Assembly: GCA_013152835.1 (NCBI GenBank)
Contig: JAADFQ010000088.1
Location: 1-63,568 of the forward strand
Direction of reading: 5' to 3'
DNA length: 63,568 nt
From: FCB group bacterium
GTDB lineage: Bacteria > Fidelibacterota > Marinisomatia > Marinisomatales > J089
Shown here: piece after piece, positions 25,578 to 34,451 of the stretch
How the letters are laid out: every line of letters begins with the position of its first letter
How positions within the stretch are numbered: position 1 is the stretch's first letter
Position numbers and translations under genes: made by a program
The notes under the pieces: model-generated
What the model was told of the DNA's origin: nothing
Database searches by the model: none
What the model saw: only the letters and a program-made list of their open reading frames with translations

Positions 25578-26180
25578 ATGAAGAGCTCCTTTAAATTCAT
25601 CCTTATTTCATTTGGCGTTTTTGTCGTTCTGGTGGGTGTGATCTTTGTAGTCTTAATGATCATAGATCCCTCACCGGATGAATCACCGGTTCCGGAAGAA
25701 AAAATTGCCACGGTTGAATCTGATAATCCTGAAGATACCGCATCCAAGCAATCATCACAGGACCAGGCCGTGGATGACCAGTCCGCGCCAATCTCACTGC
25801 TTGACAGTTTAAATAATCGAATTCAGGAATTGACTAATAATTTATTTGTTCGTTCTCTGGAAATAGACAGTCTCAATGAACAAATCACGTTTAAAGAAGG
25901 ACTTATCACCGGTTACCGGAAAACAATTGATAAACTGAATGAACAAGTCCTTGCCCGGAATAAAAAAGAAATTAACCTGAAGGAACTGGCCAAAACATAT
26001 GAGTCCATGAAAGTGGCGGATATTAAACCGATTTTGAATAAGGTGGATGACGAAACTGTGATGGCAATTTATCGTGCTATGGGTGCACGAACACGGAAAT
26101 CGATTATGATGGCTTTGTCAGCGGAACGCGCGGCAACAATTACCCAAAAACTAGCAGGTATCACCGAGGAAAAATCATGA
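25578..26180 (+). CDS. MgtE_N-like flagellar protein (YlxF/MotE-like), N-terminal TM anchor
   Basis: TM segment FILISFGVFVVLVGVIFVVLMII, a coiled coil, and C-terminal YESMKVADIKPILNKVDDETVMAIYRAMGARTRKSIMMAL. It occupies the same position as B. subtilis ylxF. Confidence 0.6.
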   Translation: MKSSFKFILISFGVFVVLVGVIFVVLMIIDPSPDESPVPEEKIATVESDNPEDTASKQSSQDQAVDDQSAPISLLDSLNNRIQELTNNLFVRSLEIDSLNEQITFKEGLITGYRKTIDKLNEQVLARNKKEINLKELAKTYESMKVADIKPILNKVDDETVMAIYRAMGARTRKSIMMALSAERAATITQKLAGITEEKS

Positions 26181-28108
26181 ATACGCCGACTCCGGTAATC
26201 GTAAAAATCCTGGGTAAACCAACCCCGAAACAGGGGCGTCATCTCTCTACGGGCAAGTTACTGACCGGTGGAGTGAAAAAAGAAGCGGTAGCAGAATCAA
26301 AGAAATCAAAGTTGCCCGGTGGTGAGACACCATTTGCGCATCTTCTGGAAAAGGCGAAAACCCTGGTTACTAAAGTCGGGAAGAAATCTCCCCAGTCCCA
26401 ACCGCACGTTTTCAAAATCCGGATCAACGATAAAACTGTTCCCAAAGCTGTAGAAAAAACGAAAGCGCATACAGTTTCCGTAATCTCCGGAAAAACCAAC
26501 CCGCACATTCTTGGACTCAGATCCGCAAAAGGAAACCAACTCACGAAGGTTTTCCGAATAAAAGGTCAGGCCCCCGTATTAAAGGTAAAACTGGTTCCGG
26601 ACTTCATTCCTGAATCGGGAAAGGCCACAGTAATAGATCAAAACAACAATCCGGTATCAAAACCCACTGTCGTAGCACCAAATTCCGATACAGCGCCGAT
26701 CCGTTCCAATACCTTCACTCCGATTGTAAAGGATATCCAACCAAAAGAAGATAGTACTGATCAGAAAACGAATGTGTCCAACAGAGCGAATTCAGTCGCT
26801 GAATCACTGGACAAACCATCGTCCTTCCCCTTCGATAGAAAAGTAACTTCTCTTGGTAATCAAGCAGAGGCAAAATTTGTTAAACCGGAAAACTTGCCTA
26901 AAACGGAAAGGATTACCAGAGATGTTGAGGTTAGGACGATTAAAAATATTTCTGATAACCAGGTAAAAATACCCAAAGAGGGAAAACCGGCACCAAATGT
27001 AGAACGTCCCAATCGTAATCCTGGCAACCGCTCTATGAATCCGCTGACAAAACAATCTGAGAGGTCACATCTGGGAAGTCAATTGGTCCGGGAATCTGAC
27101 CGGGAAGGAAATAGAATCGGAAACAATAATTCTGATAGTAAAAAACCAACCCGCCCGACCGGAACTCGTCCAATGACCGATAAGCCCGGGACCAACCGGA
27201 CAGAACCAGGAAAACAAACCGATAACTCCCGGCCAGGGATCAGAAACGAAATGACAGCAAATAGCCCGAAGCCCGGTGTAATGAATATCAAAAACAGGAC
27301 TGACGTCCCGACGAAAAGAAACAAGTCTGATTTCAAACCGGAACTGAAGCCAGGATTCATTAATCTGAAAGGATTTCAGGCCATTTCTGCGACGAAAATC
27401 ACTGGAATCACAACCGGGACAAACGGGACTTTGATTAAACCGGAAAATATTTCTTCACCGCGCAAAATCAAATCCAGGATAAGACCGGTGCAGGAAAATA
27501 CCAAACCGGCTCCCCCGGCAAAACCCGAAAATGAAGTTTCGACTGAAGGCACAGGAAAGAATGCCAATCCGGGAAGTATTAACCGGCCCGTCCTTACACA
27601 CGAATCGACCCCTGTTCCTAAACTGGATTTTTGGATTCAATCACTCACCAAACAGGTCCGATTGGAGTCCACGGTTCGTCAGGCATATCTCATTCAAAAA
27701 ATATCGCAGTGGGTGGAAATGGTCACTGAATCACGGCCAAAAATTTCAACCCAGATTTCCATTCAGGATAATCGAATCGGAAAAGTTGAAATTGAATACA
27801 CGGAAAAACTGGACGGAAAACAAATTACGATTGCCGTTGAAAATGAATCCGTTCGTCAGCAACTACAAAAAATTGTTCCTCTTGTTCAGGAAAATCTGAA
27901 TCAGAAAGGGCAATCATCATTAGAGTTGTTTGTACAGTTAAAACAGGAGACGGAACATAAGAATGAACCTACGGGGGATGGCGACGGAACTCAACGGAAA
28001 CAGAAATCAGCGGTGGATCAACAACAACCCGGTCGCGAGAATGTATCTTCAATTCCCAATGGATTGATCAAACATTACGGGTATAACACAATTGAAATGG
28101 TTGCCTGA
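26177..28108 (+). CDS. fliK: flagellar hook-length control protein FliK (643 aa, long basic low-complexity linker)
   Basis: C-terminal Flg_hook-like segment ISIQDNRIGKVEIEYTEKLDGKQITIAVENESVRQQLQKIVPLVQENL. Positioned between the ylxF-like gene and flgD. Confidence 0.75.
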   Translation: MNTPTPVIVKILGKPTPKQGRHLSTGKLLTGGVKKEAVAESKKSKLPGGETPFAHLLEKAKTLVTKVGKKSPQSQPHVFKIRINDKTVPKAVEKTKAHTVSVISGKTNPHILGLRSAKGNQLTKVFRIKGQAPVLKVKLVPDFIPESGKATVIDQNNNPVSKPTVVAPNSDTAPIRSNTFTPIVKDIQPKEDSTDQKTNVSNRANSVAESLDKPSSFPFDRKVTSLGNQAEAKFVKPENLPKTERITRDVEVRTIKNISDNQVKIPKEGKPAPNVERPNRNPGNRSMNPLTKQSERSHLGSQLVRESDREGNRIGNNNSDSKKPTRPTGTRPMTDKPGTNRTEPGKQTDNSRPGIRNEMTANSPKPGVMNIKNRTDVPTKRNKSDFKPELKPGFINLKGFQAISATKITGITTGTNGTLIKPENISSPRKIKSRIRPVQENTKPAPPAKPENEVSTEGTGKNANPGSINRPVLTHESTPVPKLDFWIQSLTKQVRLESTVRQAYLIQKISQWVEMVTESRPKISTQISIQDNRIGKVEIEYTEKLDGKQITIAVENESVRQQLQKIVPLVQENLNQKGQSSLELFVQLKQETEHKNEPTGDGDGTQRKQKSAVDQQQPGRENVSSIPNGLIKHYGYNTIEMVA

Positions 28109-28123
28109 AACAGGAGGTAGCAA

Positions 28124-28813
28124 ATGTTTGAATTAGGAAATATCGGAAGTACTGAACCCAATAACGCCTTTTCCCAGGCTCTGGATCAAACCGGACTCGG
28201 GAAGGATGATTTTTTCAGACTGCTAATCGAACAGATGAAGAATCAGGATCCCCTGGAACCGATGAAGAATCAGGATTTCACGGCACAATTAGCTCAATTC
28301 TCGTCTCTGGAAAAGTTGGAAAGTATTGATTCCAATATCGAACAGGGCACACAGATTAACCTGATTCTGACCCAAGCCATCAACAATTCGGCAGCCGCGA
28401 CAATTATCGGAAAAGAAGTGAAGGCCTGGGGAGATGTAATTCAAGTAAAAGACGGGATAACCGATTATGACCTCAATTTCAATCTGCAAAGTGACGCTGC
28501 TAAAGTCAAAGTTGAAATTCTGGATGATGATGGCAACGTCGTAAAGACGATTGAAGCTCGTGAATTAGGTAATGGCGACCAGACTCTGCAATGGGATGGG
28601 ACCGATGCGGACGGGAATCCGTTAGACGCCGGATCCTATACCTTGAAAGTCCAGGCTTGGGATGGAAACGATAAGGAAATCACCGCCCGTGAATATACCG
28701 TAGGCATTATTGAGGGAATTCGCTATCAGGACGGTTCAGCCGTTCTGATCGTGGATGGAGAAGAAATCCAATTCTCCAATGTTATTGAAATCGGAAGCAG
28801 CGAAAACGGATAG
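28124..28813 (+). CDS. flgD: hook capping/assembly protein FlgD
   Basis: FFRLLIEQMKNQDPLEPMKNQDFTAQLAQFSSLEKL, plus an Ig-like (FlgD_ig) C-terminus with WDGTDADGNPLDAGSYTL. Confidence 0.95.
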   Translation: MFELGNIGSTEPNNAFSQALDQTGLGKDDFFRLLIEQMKNQDPLEPMKNQDFTAQLAQFSSLEKLESIDSNIEQGTQINLILTQAINNSAAATIIGKEVKAWGDVIQVKDGITDYDLNFNLQSDAAKVKVEILDDDGNVVKTIEARELGNGDQTLQWDGTDADGNPLDAGSYTLKVQAWDGNDKEITAREYTVGIIEGIRYQDGSAVLIVDGEEIQFSNVIEIGSSENG

Positions 28814-28822
28814 GAGCATCAT

Positions 28823-29221
28823 GTGAAAGTCGCTGATCTGCAACTTAGACAGTTAACACCAATTCAACCTCTTCGGCCGGGGCAAAAACCTGAAAGCACG
28901 GTTGGACCTCCGACTACCAGGAAAACAGCATTTGCCGATGTTCTCAAAACCACACTCAGGGAAAATCGGGAATTACGGTTTTCGGCTCACGCTCTGAAGC
29001 GCCTGGGAAACAGAGGTATTGAATTGAATTCAACAGCCATAAACCGCTTAGAGGAAGGGGTGAAGAAAATGGAGTCGAAAGGCGCCCGGAATTCACTCAT
29101 CCTCATGGATGACAATGCTTTCATCATCAACGTTAAAAATCGCGTTGTGGTAACTGCATTGGAGAAAAACTCGACGCAGGGCAATGTTTTTACAAATATT
29201 GACGGCGTCGCCATAATGTAA
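28823..29221 (+). CDS. flagellar operon protein of the flgD-flgE intergenic family (TIGR02530-like)
   Basis: GTG start. FSAHALKRLGNRGIELNSTAINRLEEGVKKMESKGARNSLILMDDNAFIINVKNRVVVTAL fits the family pattern as I recall it. Confidence 0.6.
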   Translation: MKVADLQLRQLTPIQPLRPGQKPESTVGPPTTRKTAFADVLKTTLRENRELRFSAHALKRLGNRGIELNSTAINRLEEGVKKMESKGARNSLILMDDNAFIINVKNRVVVTALEKNSTQGNVFTNIDGVAIM

Positions 29222-29230
29222 ACAAACAAC

Positions 29231-29298
29231 AGGACCGGACCCGCAAGGGAGGTCCTCCTCCCATCGAACGACTGAGATGGGAAATAAAAAAAGGAGGA
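29231..29298 (+). promoter_or_regulatory. structured flgE leader: three mutually exclusive hairpins and an anti-SD (TCCTCC)
   Basis: H1 is AGGACC 29231-36 with GGTCCT 29251-56. H2 is GGGAGG 29247-52 with CCTCCC 29257-62. H3 is TCCCATC 29259-65 with GATGGGA 29276-82. TCCTCC 29253-58 is complementary to the SD GGAGGA 29293-98. Confidence 0.5.
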
Positions 29299-29302
29299 AA
29301 CT

Positions 29303-30952
29303 ATGAGTTTCATTCAGAGGCAAGAACAGGCATCCGGAGTCGGAGCCGCGTTCACCAGTGTATTATCCAGCCTTCAAAACCAGCGCAGACGCCTGGAAGT
29401 CATCTCCGCAAATATCGGAAATCTGAATACGATCGGCTTTAAAGCCAGTCGTATGACTTTCCTGGAAACGCTGGGTCAAACGGTGGGTAAACTCTATACG
29501 CCCTTTGAACAAGGGTCATTCACCGCCACGAGCAGTCCTACAGATCTGGCGATTGACGGAAAATCATTCTTTATCATTCGCAATGGGGATGCGATGGAAT
29601 ATAGCCGGGCCGGTGCATTTTTCTTTGACCAGGACGGTCGGTTGGTTACGCAGGATCAGCGTGCAGTCCAGGGGTGGATACTGAACGAGAAGATCAATCA
29701 GAATGATGCTACTACTTCCAATCAGTCCACCAATACGGCATTAGGTGAAATGTCCGATATTATCCTTGACTCCAGTGCCACCGTGGGTGCCATCGAAACC
29801 AGGAATATCTGGTTTACCGGAAATCTGAATGCATCCCTGCAACCTTTAGCCAATGTGTTGACGGCTGCCGATGCTTTCCGGAAAAATGTGAGTGGTGAAG
29901 TCGTTGTGGCTGAATCCACGGATGAGTTGAACGATCTGGTTCAAACGTCTGTGGCGTTGACGGATGGAGATACAATCGAAATTTCGGGAACCGATCAGGA
30001 TGGCAATGCTCTTAGCGGTACCTTTACTTACGGTGCTGCAAATGACGGAACGACCATCGACGATTTGATTACCCGAATCGATACCGTCTTTGCCGGTTCA
30101 GCCACGGCCAGCTTTACAAACGGGAAGATTGCATTGACGGATGATTCCGCCGGCGATAGCGAGACTACGCTGACGCTAAGCAACGGTTCCGGTAATACCG
30201 GTTCGATCACCTTACCCACATTCGGCGCCACGACAACGGGATATACACCCCGCGCGGTTACATCCATCGTCGTGTACGATTCCTTTGGTACGGAGCATCA
30301 TCTGTCCATTGAATTCACAAAAACAGAGAATGCCCGTGAATGGGCCTGGGAAGTAACTACCGAAGGGAGTGAAACCATTAGCAAGGGTGGCTCGGGAACG
30401 ATGACTTTTGATACGACCGGGCAATTTATCTCTAATACCTACGATGATGGAAATGGTGCATTGGAGCTTGACCCGGGGAATGGGTCGGATTCCTTGACGA
30501 TTACCCTCCATGCCGGCGGTGGCGATGGGTTATCGGCGTTGACCCAGTTCGATGAGATTACCACGATTTCCGCTCGCGACCAGGATGGACAGGCCAGTGG
30601 TAAACTGGACGGTATCCAGGTAGATGAACAGGGGTATATCATCGGATCTTTTTCCAACGGTGTTGTGATGCGGATGGCGCAACTGGCTATGGCGGAGTTC
30701 CCGGATCCTACATCTCTGGACAAAACCGGAGCCAGTAATTTCGTCCCCACGAATGACAGTGGCGAACCGAAAATTGGTCGTGCCGTTGATTTCGATACGG
30801 AAATTCGTTCCGGAAATCTGGAAGTCTCCAACGTGGATATGGCGGATCAGTTCATTCAGATGATTGACGCCCAAAAAGGGTATCAGGCTGCGTCCCGGAT
30901 TGTATCCACATTAGATCGTATTATGGAAGAAACTACACGGTTTGGTCGATAA
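29303..30952 (+). CDS. flgE: flagellar hook protein FlgE
   Basis: N-terminal LEVISANIGNLNTIGFKASR and C-terminal GNLEVSNVDMADQFIQMIDAQKGYQAASRIVSTLD. Confidence 0.95.
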   Translation: MSFIQRQEQASGVGAAFTSVLSSLQNQRRRLEVISANIGNLNTIGFKASRMTFLETLGQTVGKLYTPFEQGSFTATSSPTDLAIDGKSFFIIRNGDAMEYSRAGAFFFDQDGRLVTQDQRAVQGWILNEKINQNDATTSNQSTNTALGEMSDIILDSSATVGAIETRNIWFTGNLNASLQPLANVLTAADAFRKNVSGEVVVAESTDELNDLVQTSVALTDGDTIEISGTDQDGNALSGTFTYGAANDGTTIDDLITRIDTVFAGSATASFTNGKIALTDDSAGDSETTLTLSNGSGNTGSITLPTFGATTTGYTPRAVTSIVVYDSFGTEHHLSIEFTKTENAREWAWEVTTEGSETISKGGSGTMTFDTTGQFISNTYDDGNGALELDPGNGSDSLTITLHAGGGDGLSALTQFDEITTISARDQDGQASGKLDGIQVDEQGYIIGSFSNGVVMRMAQLAMAEFPDPTSLDKTGASNFVPTNDSGEPKIGRAVDFDTEIRSGNLEVSNVDMADQFIQMIDAQKGYQAASRIVSTLDRIMEETTRFGR

Positions 30953-31019
30953 TTGGTGGTGATTCTACTGGTTGTAAAACCACCTGGTGATGAGTATTAA
31001 TTTTTCATCGCCGAACAAT

Positions 31020-31052
31020 GGATCGTACGGGTATTTTCTACCCGTACGATCC
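31020..31052 (+). terminator. perfect 14-bp hairpin after flgE (attenuator or mRNA stabiliser; no U-tract)
   Basis: GGATCGTACGGGTA-TTTTC-TACCCGTACGATCC, followed by ACCTATTC rather than a T-run. Confidence 0.45.
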
Positions 31053-31081
31053 ACCTATTCAAGGATTCATTCGGGAGAGAA

Positions 31082-31852
31082 ATGGATTTAGCAACCATCA
31101 TCGGAATTTTATCGGGGTTGGTATTAATCGGGACCACTATTGTGGGGACCGGGAATGTGGACATCTATATCCATATTCCGTCGATGATGATTGTTTTTGG
31201 CGGGGCAATGGCGGCCATCTTCGTCAATTTCCCAATGAAAGAAGTGATTGGGGTAATGCGTGTCGTTCGTAAAGCATTTACCAATGAAGAATCCCGCGAA
31301 GTTCACCTAATCGAAAGATTTATCGATATTTCGATACGAACACGGAGAGAAGGGATCCTGGCCATCGATAGTGAATTACGCCGAGTCGATGATCCTTTTA
31401 TGCGGATCGGGTTGGAAATGGCCGTTGACGGTACGGAACCCGAGGTAATTAAAGATGTGATGGAAACGGAATTGACTTTTCTCATGGAACGACATGATCG
31501 GGGTCAACAGATCTTTACTTCCCTGGGAACCTATGCCCCGGCTTTTGGCATGATCGGTACCTTAATCGGGCTGATTGCCATGCTTCGCAATCTGAACGAT
31601 CCTTCCAGTATCGGTAACGGAATGGCGGTAGCTTTGATTACTACTTTTTACGGTACCTTTTTAGCAAATCTGGTTTTTCTTCCCATTGCGGGAAAATTAC
31701 GGAATCGAACGGATGATGAAATTGTAAGAAAACGAATGATTATCGATGGAATTCTGGCCATCCAGAATGGAGAACATCCCCGAAATCTTGAGAAAAAGCT
31801 GCTGAATTACTTGCCCCCCAAATTACGTTCCCAGGTCAAATCAAAGGCCTGA
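31082..31852 (+). CDS. motA: flagellar stator protein MotA/PomA (set 2)
   Basis: MDLATIIGILSG..., APAFGMIGTLIGLIAML, ALITTFYGTFLANLVFLPI. It is a clear paralogue of 9349-10149. Confidence 0.9.
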   Translation: MDLATIIGILSGLVLIGTTIVGTGNVDIYIHIPSMMIVFGGAMAAIFVNFPMKEVIGVMRVVRKAFTNEESREVHLIERFIDISIRTRREGILAIDSELRRVDDPFMRIGLEMAVDGTEPEVIKDVMETELTFLMERHDRGQQIFTSLGTYAPAFGMIGTLIGLIAMLRNLNDPSSIGNGMAVALITTFYGTFLANLVFLPIAGKLRNRTDDEIVRKRMIIDGILAIQNGEHPRNLEKKLLNYLPPKLRSQVKSKA

Positions 31853-31857
31853 GATTT

Positions 31858-32571
31858 ATGGCTTCCTTCGATCCGCGGAAGAATCGTAAACCGCCCGGCA
31901 AACCTTCATCGCCACTTTGGATGACTACGTATGGCGATATGGTGACCCTTTTACTCACCTTTTTTGTCCTTCTGTTTTCTTTTACCAGTATGGATAAGAA
32001 CAAATTTGAACAGGTGGCCGGATCCTTGCGCGGTGCATTGGGCGTAGTCCAACAAAATCTGCCTTTTCAGGGAGCCGCACCGGGATCAATCGGGGGGACA
32101 GACTATGATCTTCTCCGGCGGTCCGAAATCTTTGAATCCGTGGAATCGCTTCGGGATGCATTAAATGAATTCACGAAAGATGGAAGCATCAATATTGAGG
32201 CCACGGAATCAGGGATCTTGATCCAGATGGGTGATAGAATTCTATTCGACCAGGGCCAAGCGGAATTGAAACCCAAAGCATTGGAAATCCTTACAATCGT
32301 GGGGGAAACTATTCGTGATCAAGCATCAGATATTCTTGTGGCTGGTCACACGGATAATGTTCCTATCCATAATAAGGACTTCCCCTCAAACTGGGAATTA
32401 TCCACCGCACGTGCGTTATCAGTAGTTCGATTCCTGGTGGATACAGTCAGGGTACCGCCAAGAATTTTAGGCGCAGTCGGCTATGGAGAATACCGGCCCG
32501 TGGCACCGAATCTTACGGCGGCTCAACGGCAAATTAACCGCCGAGTGGAATTTTTAGTTACCTGGAAATAA
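31858..32571 (+). CDS. motB: flagellar stator protein MotB/PomB (set 2)
   Basis: WMTTYGDMVTLLLTFFVLLF, and the OmpA-like GHTDNVP...NWELSTARALSVVRFL...NRRVEFL. Confidence 0.9.
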   Translation: MASFDPRKNRKPPGKPSSPLWMTTYGDMVTLLLTFFVLLFSFTSMDKNKFEQVAGSLRGALGVVQQNLPFQGAAPGSIGGTDYDLLRRSEIFESVESLRDALNEFTKDGSINIEATESGILIQMGDRILFDQGQAELKPKALEILTIVGETIRDQASDILVAGHTDNVPIHNKDFPSNWELSTARALSVVRFLVDTVRVPPRILGAVGYGEYRPVAPNLTAAQRQINRRVEFLVTWK

Positions 32572-32600
32572 TTCCGAATAGAAAAAATGGTACAAAGCAG

Positions 32601-32663
32601 GGAAGATTTTTCCGCCAGCTATTAATGGCTCTACTAATTAGAATTTTTCCGGAAAATTTTTCT
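32601..32663. promoter_or_regulatory. two copies of the GGAAAW-N-WTTTCC-type inverted repeat, 50 bp apart
   Basis: GGAAGA-T-TTTTCC at 32601-32613 and GGAAAA-T-TTTTCT at 32651-32663, each one mismatch from the core. The second overlaps the 12-nt palindrome TTTTCCGGAAAA (32645-32656). Confidence 0.4.
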
Positions 32664-32888
32664 TCACCTGGGAAAATGAGAATGGTAATCCTTATGGTAA
32701 CTGAAGACAGTTCCTTCGTTCACCGGTAAATGATCAAATAACAAGCGTAATATCAACAGATACGCTGAACGTATACCCTGGAACCAGGGTCGCGATAACT
32801 GATATTTATCAATAAGGGGTAGTTGAAATCAATTATCGGTAATCCCTGTAATCTATAAAAAACTCAAATTCCACCCAATCTCCCCGGG

Positions 32889-32904
32889 TGGCATGACTTT
32901 TGAC
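32889..32904 (+). promoter_or_regulatory. sigma54-like element TGGCAT-N5-TTGAC upstream of fliL
   Basis: The -24 box is good, but the -12 box is TTGA rather than TTGC. It lies 53 nt upstream of the fliL ATG, which has an SD (GGGAG). Confidence 0.35.
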
Positions 32905-32956
32905 TTTTGCTAATGTGTCGATATGAATAAACCAATAAATCTATCAGGGAGAATCC

Positions 32957-33457
32957 ATGGCAGAATATGATGCCGATCTGGAAGCGGACGAAGAGGAAAC
33001 CGGTGAAAAGCCTGTCTGGTTGGTCTGGATTATTCGGGTGGGCGTATTAATCATAATGCTAGTAGCAGCCTTCGTTCTTTCACGCTATGTGTTATATCCC
33101 ATGTATCAGAATTCCAGATCAGAAAACTTAAAGACATTGGCCAGTCTTTCTCAAATGGGAGAGATATTTCAACTCAAAGATATCACTGTTAATCCGCTGG
33201 CAACGAACGGAAGGCGGTTTGTTGTCGCCGAATATGCGTTGGAATCCCGTGATCCCAATGTTTTACTTGAATTAAAAAATCGCGAACCTCAAATCCGGGA
33301 TGAGTTTATTCAATATTTACGACAGCATACTGCCACCCAAATTTTGGACCTTGATTTCCAGGAGACATCCAAGCAGGAATTGACGGCAATGCTCAACGAT
33401 TTACTTTATTCAGGAAATATCGACAGTATGTATTACACAAAATTGATCCTTCAATAA
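32957..33457 (+). CDS. fliL: flagellar basal-body-associated protein FliL
   Basis: A single TM segment, then FQLKDITVNPLATNGRRFVVAEYALES...REPQIRDEFIQYL. Confidence 0.9.
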   Translation: MAEYDADLEADEEETGEKPVWLVWIIRVGVLIIMLVAAFVLSRYVLYPMYQNSRSENLKTLASLSQMGEIFQLKDITVNPLATNGRRFVVAEYALESRDPNVLLELKNREPQIRDEFIQYLRQHTATQILDLDFQETSKQELTAMLNDLLYSGNIDSMYYTKLILQ

Positions 33458-33470
33458 CAGCGAGTCCATT

Positions 33471-34451
33471 ATGGCGAAAATACTATCCCAGGAAGAAATT
33501 GATGCGCTAATATCCAATATTTCGACCAATCCTGACGATAAACAAAAGGAAGGGAAGAAAGTCACTGTTTACGATTTTAAGCAACCTCATCTAATCTCTA
33601 AGGAACAGCTAAGATTGCTGGAAAGCATTCATGAAGATTTAGCACGGAATTTCAGTGTATTTCTTTCGGCTCAGTTACGAATGATTGTGGATATGAACCT
33701 GCTAGGGGTTGATCAAATCATGTACTCCGAGTTTATGATGTCAATTTCGAATCCCGGTGCCATTTACATAGGTGAATTTGAGAAACCCGCATCCAAATTT
33801 ATTTTAGAAATGGACCCCGGCCTGGCCATTTTTACCGTAGAACGGATATTTGGCGGTAAGGGTGATTATACGACAATAACACGGGCCATTTCTCCTATCG
33901 AACAACGGGTTATGAATCGGGTCGTCCAACGAATATCCGGCGAGATATCGAAGAACTGGTCCACCTATTTACCGTTGGACGTTCATATCGATCGATATGA
34001 GAGTAATCCCGAATTTGTCCAGATTATCCCTGCCTCGGAACCGGTGGTCGTGATATCCATGGAAATTAAAATCCATGATAATGCCTCGCTGATCAATCTG
34101 TGTTATCCATATCTATGGATTTCCAATGTCATGTCTAAGCCGGAAGTTCAAAGTAAAATATTATTCGGGACCCAACAATCTTCGGAAGAGGATAAACAGT
34201 TAATCACTTCAAATTTGAAATCCACACCTGTTAATGTAAAAGCAATGGTGGGAAAAACTAAAGTACCGATCCGGTTGCTTCTGGAATTAAAAGAGGGCGA
34301 TGTAATTGTTACCAACACCAGGTTGATCGACGACATCCGTATTTTTGCCGAAGATGAACCCGTATTCAAAGGAGTGATCGGTACGAAGAACAATAATTAT
34401 TCTTTTATGGTGAAAGAATTCAATAAAGAGGAGACGCATCATGACGTTTGA
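33471..34451 (+). CDS. fliM: flagellar motor switch protein FliM
   Basis: The N-terminal CheY-P binding motif ILSQEEIDALI, plus HEDLARNFSVFLSAQLR and FTVERIFGG. Confidence 0.95.
   Translation: MAKILSQEEIDALISNISTNPDDKQKEGKKVTVYDFKQPHLISKEQLRLLESIHEDLARNFSVFLSAQLRMIVDMNLLGVDQIMYSEFMMSISNPGAIYIGEFEKPASKFILEMDPGLAIFTVERIFGGKGDYTTITRAISPIEQRVMNRVVQRISGEISKNWSTYLPLDVHIDRYESNPEFVQIIPASEPVVVISMEIKIHDNASLINLCYPYLWISNVMSKPEVQSKILFGTQQSSEEDKQLITSNLKSTPVNVKAMVGKTKVPIRLLLELKEGDVIVTNTRLIDDIRIFAEDEPVFKGVIGTKNNNYSFMVKEFNKEETHHDV

Noticed and set aside
30953-31081. Expected flbD gene between flgE and motA, as in spirochaete and Thermotoga-type operons
   Set aside because: The 129-nt gap contains only the hairpin and no ORF of suitable size. 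flbD is simply absent here.
31018-31272. 84-aa ORF upstream of and overlapping motA-2
   Set aside because: It starts inside the 14-bp hairpin and overlaps the motA-2 frame, which has unmistakable MotA motifs. There is no SD.
32625-32729. 34-aa ORF (MALLIRIFPENFSSPGKMRMVILMVTEDSSFVHR) in the motB-2/fliL gap, considered as a possible FlbD substitute
   Set aside because: It has no SD and no resemblance to FlbD, and it overlaps the palindromic repeats. It is too short to support.
32917-32924. GTCGATAT as a sigma28 -10 box upstream of fliL
   Set aside because: The position 15 nt upstream reads TTTT rather than TAAA, so there is no -35 element.
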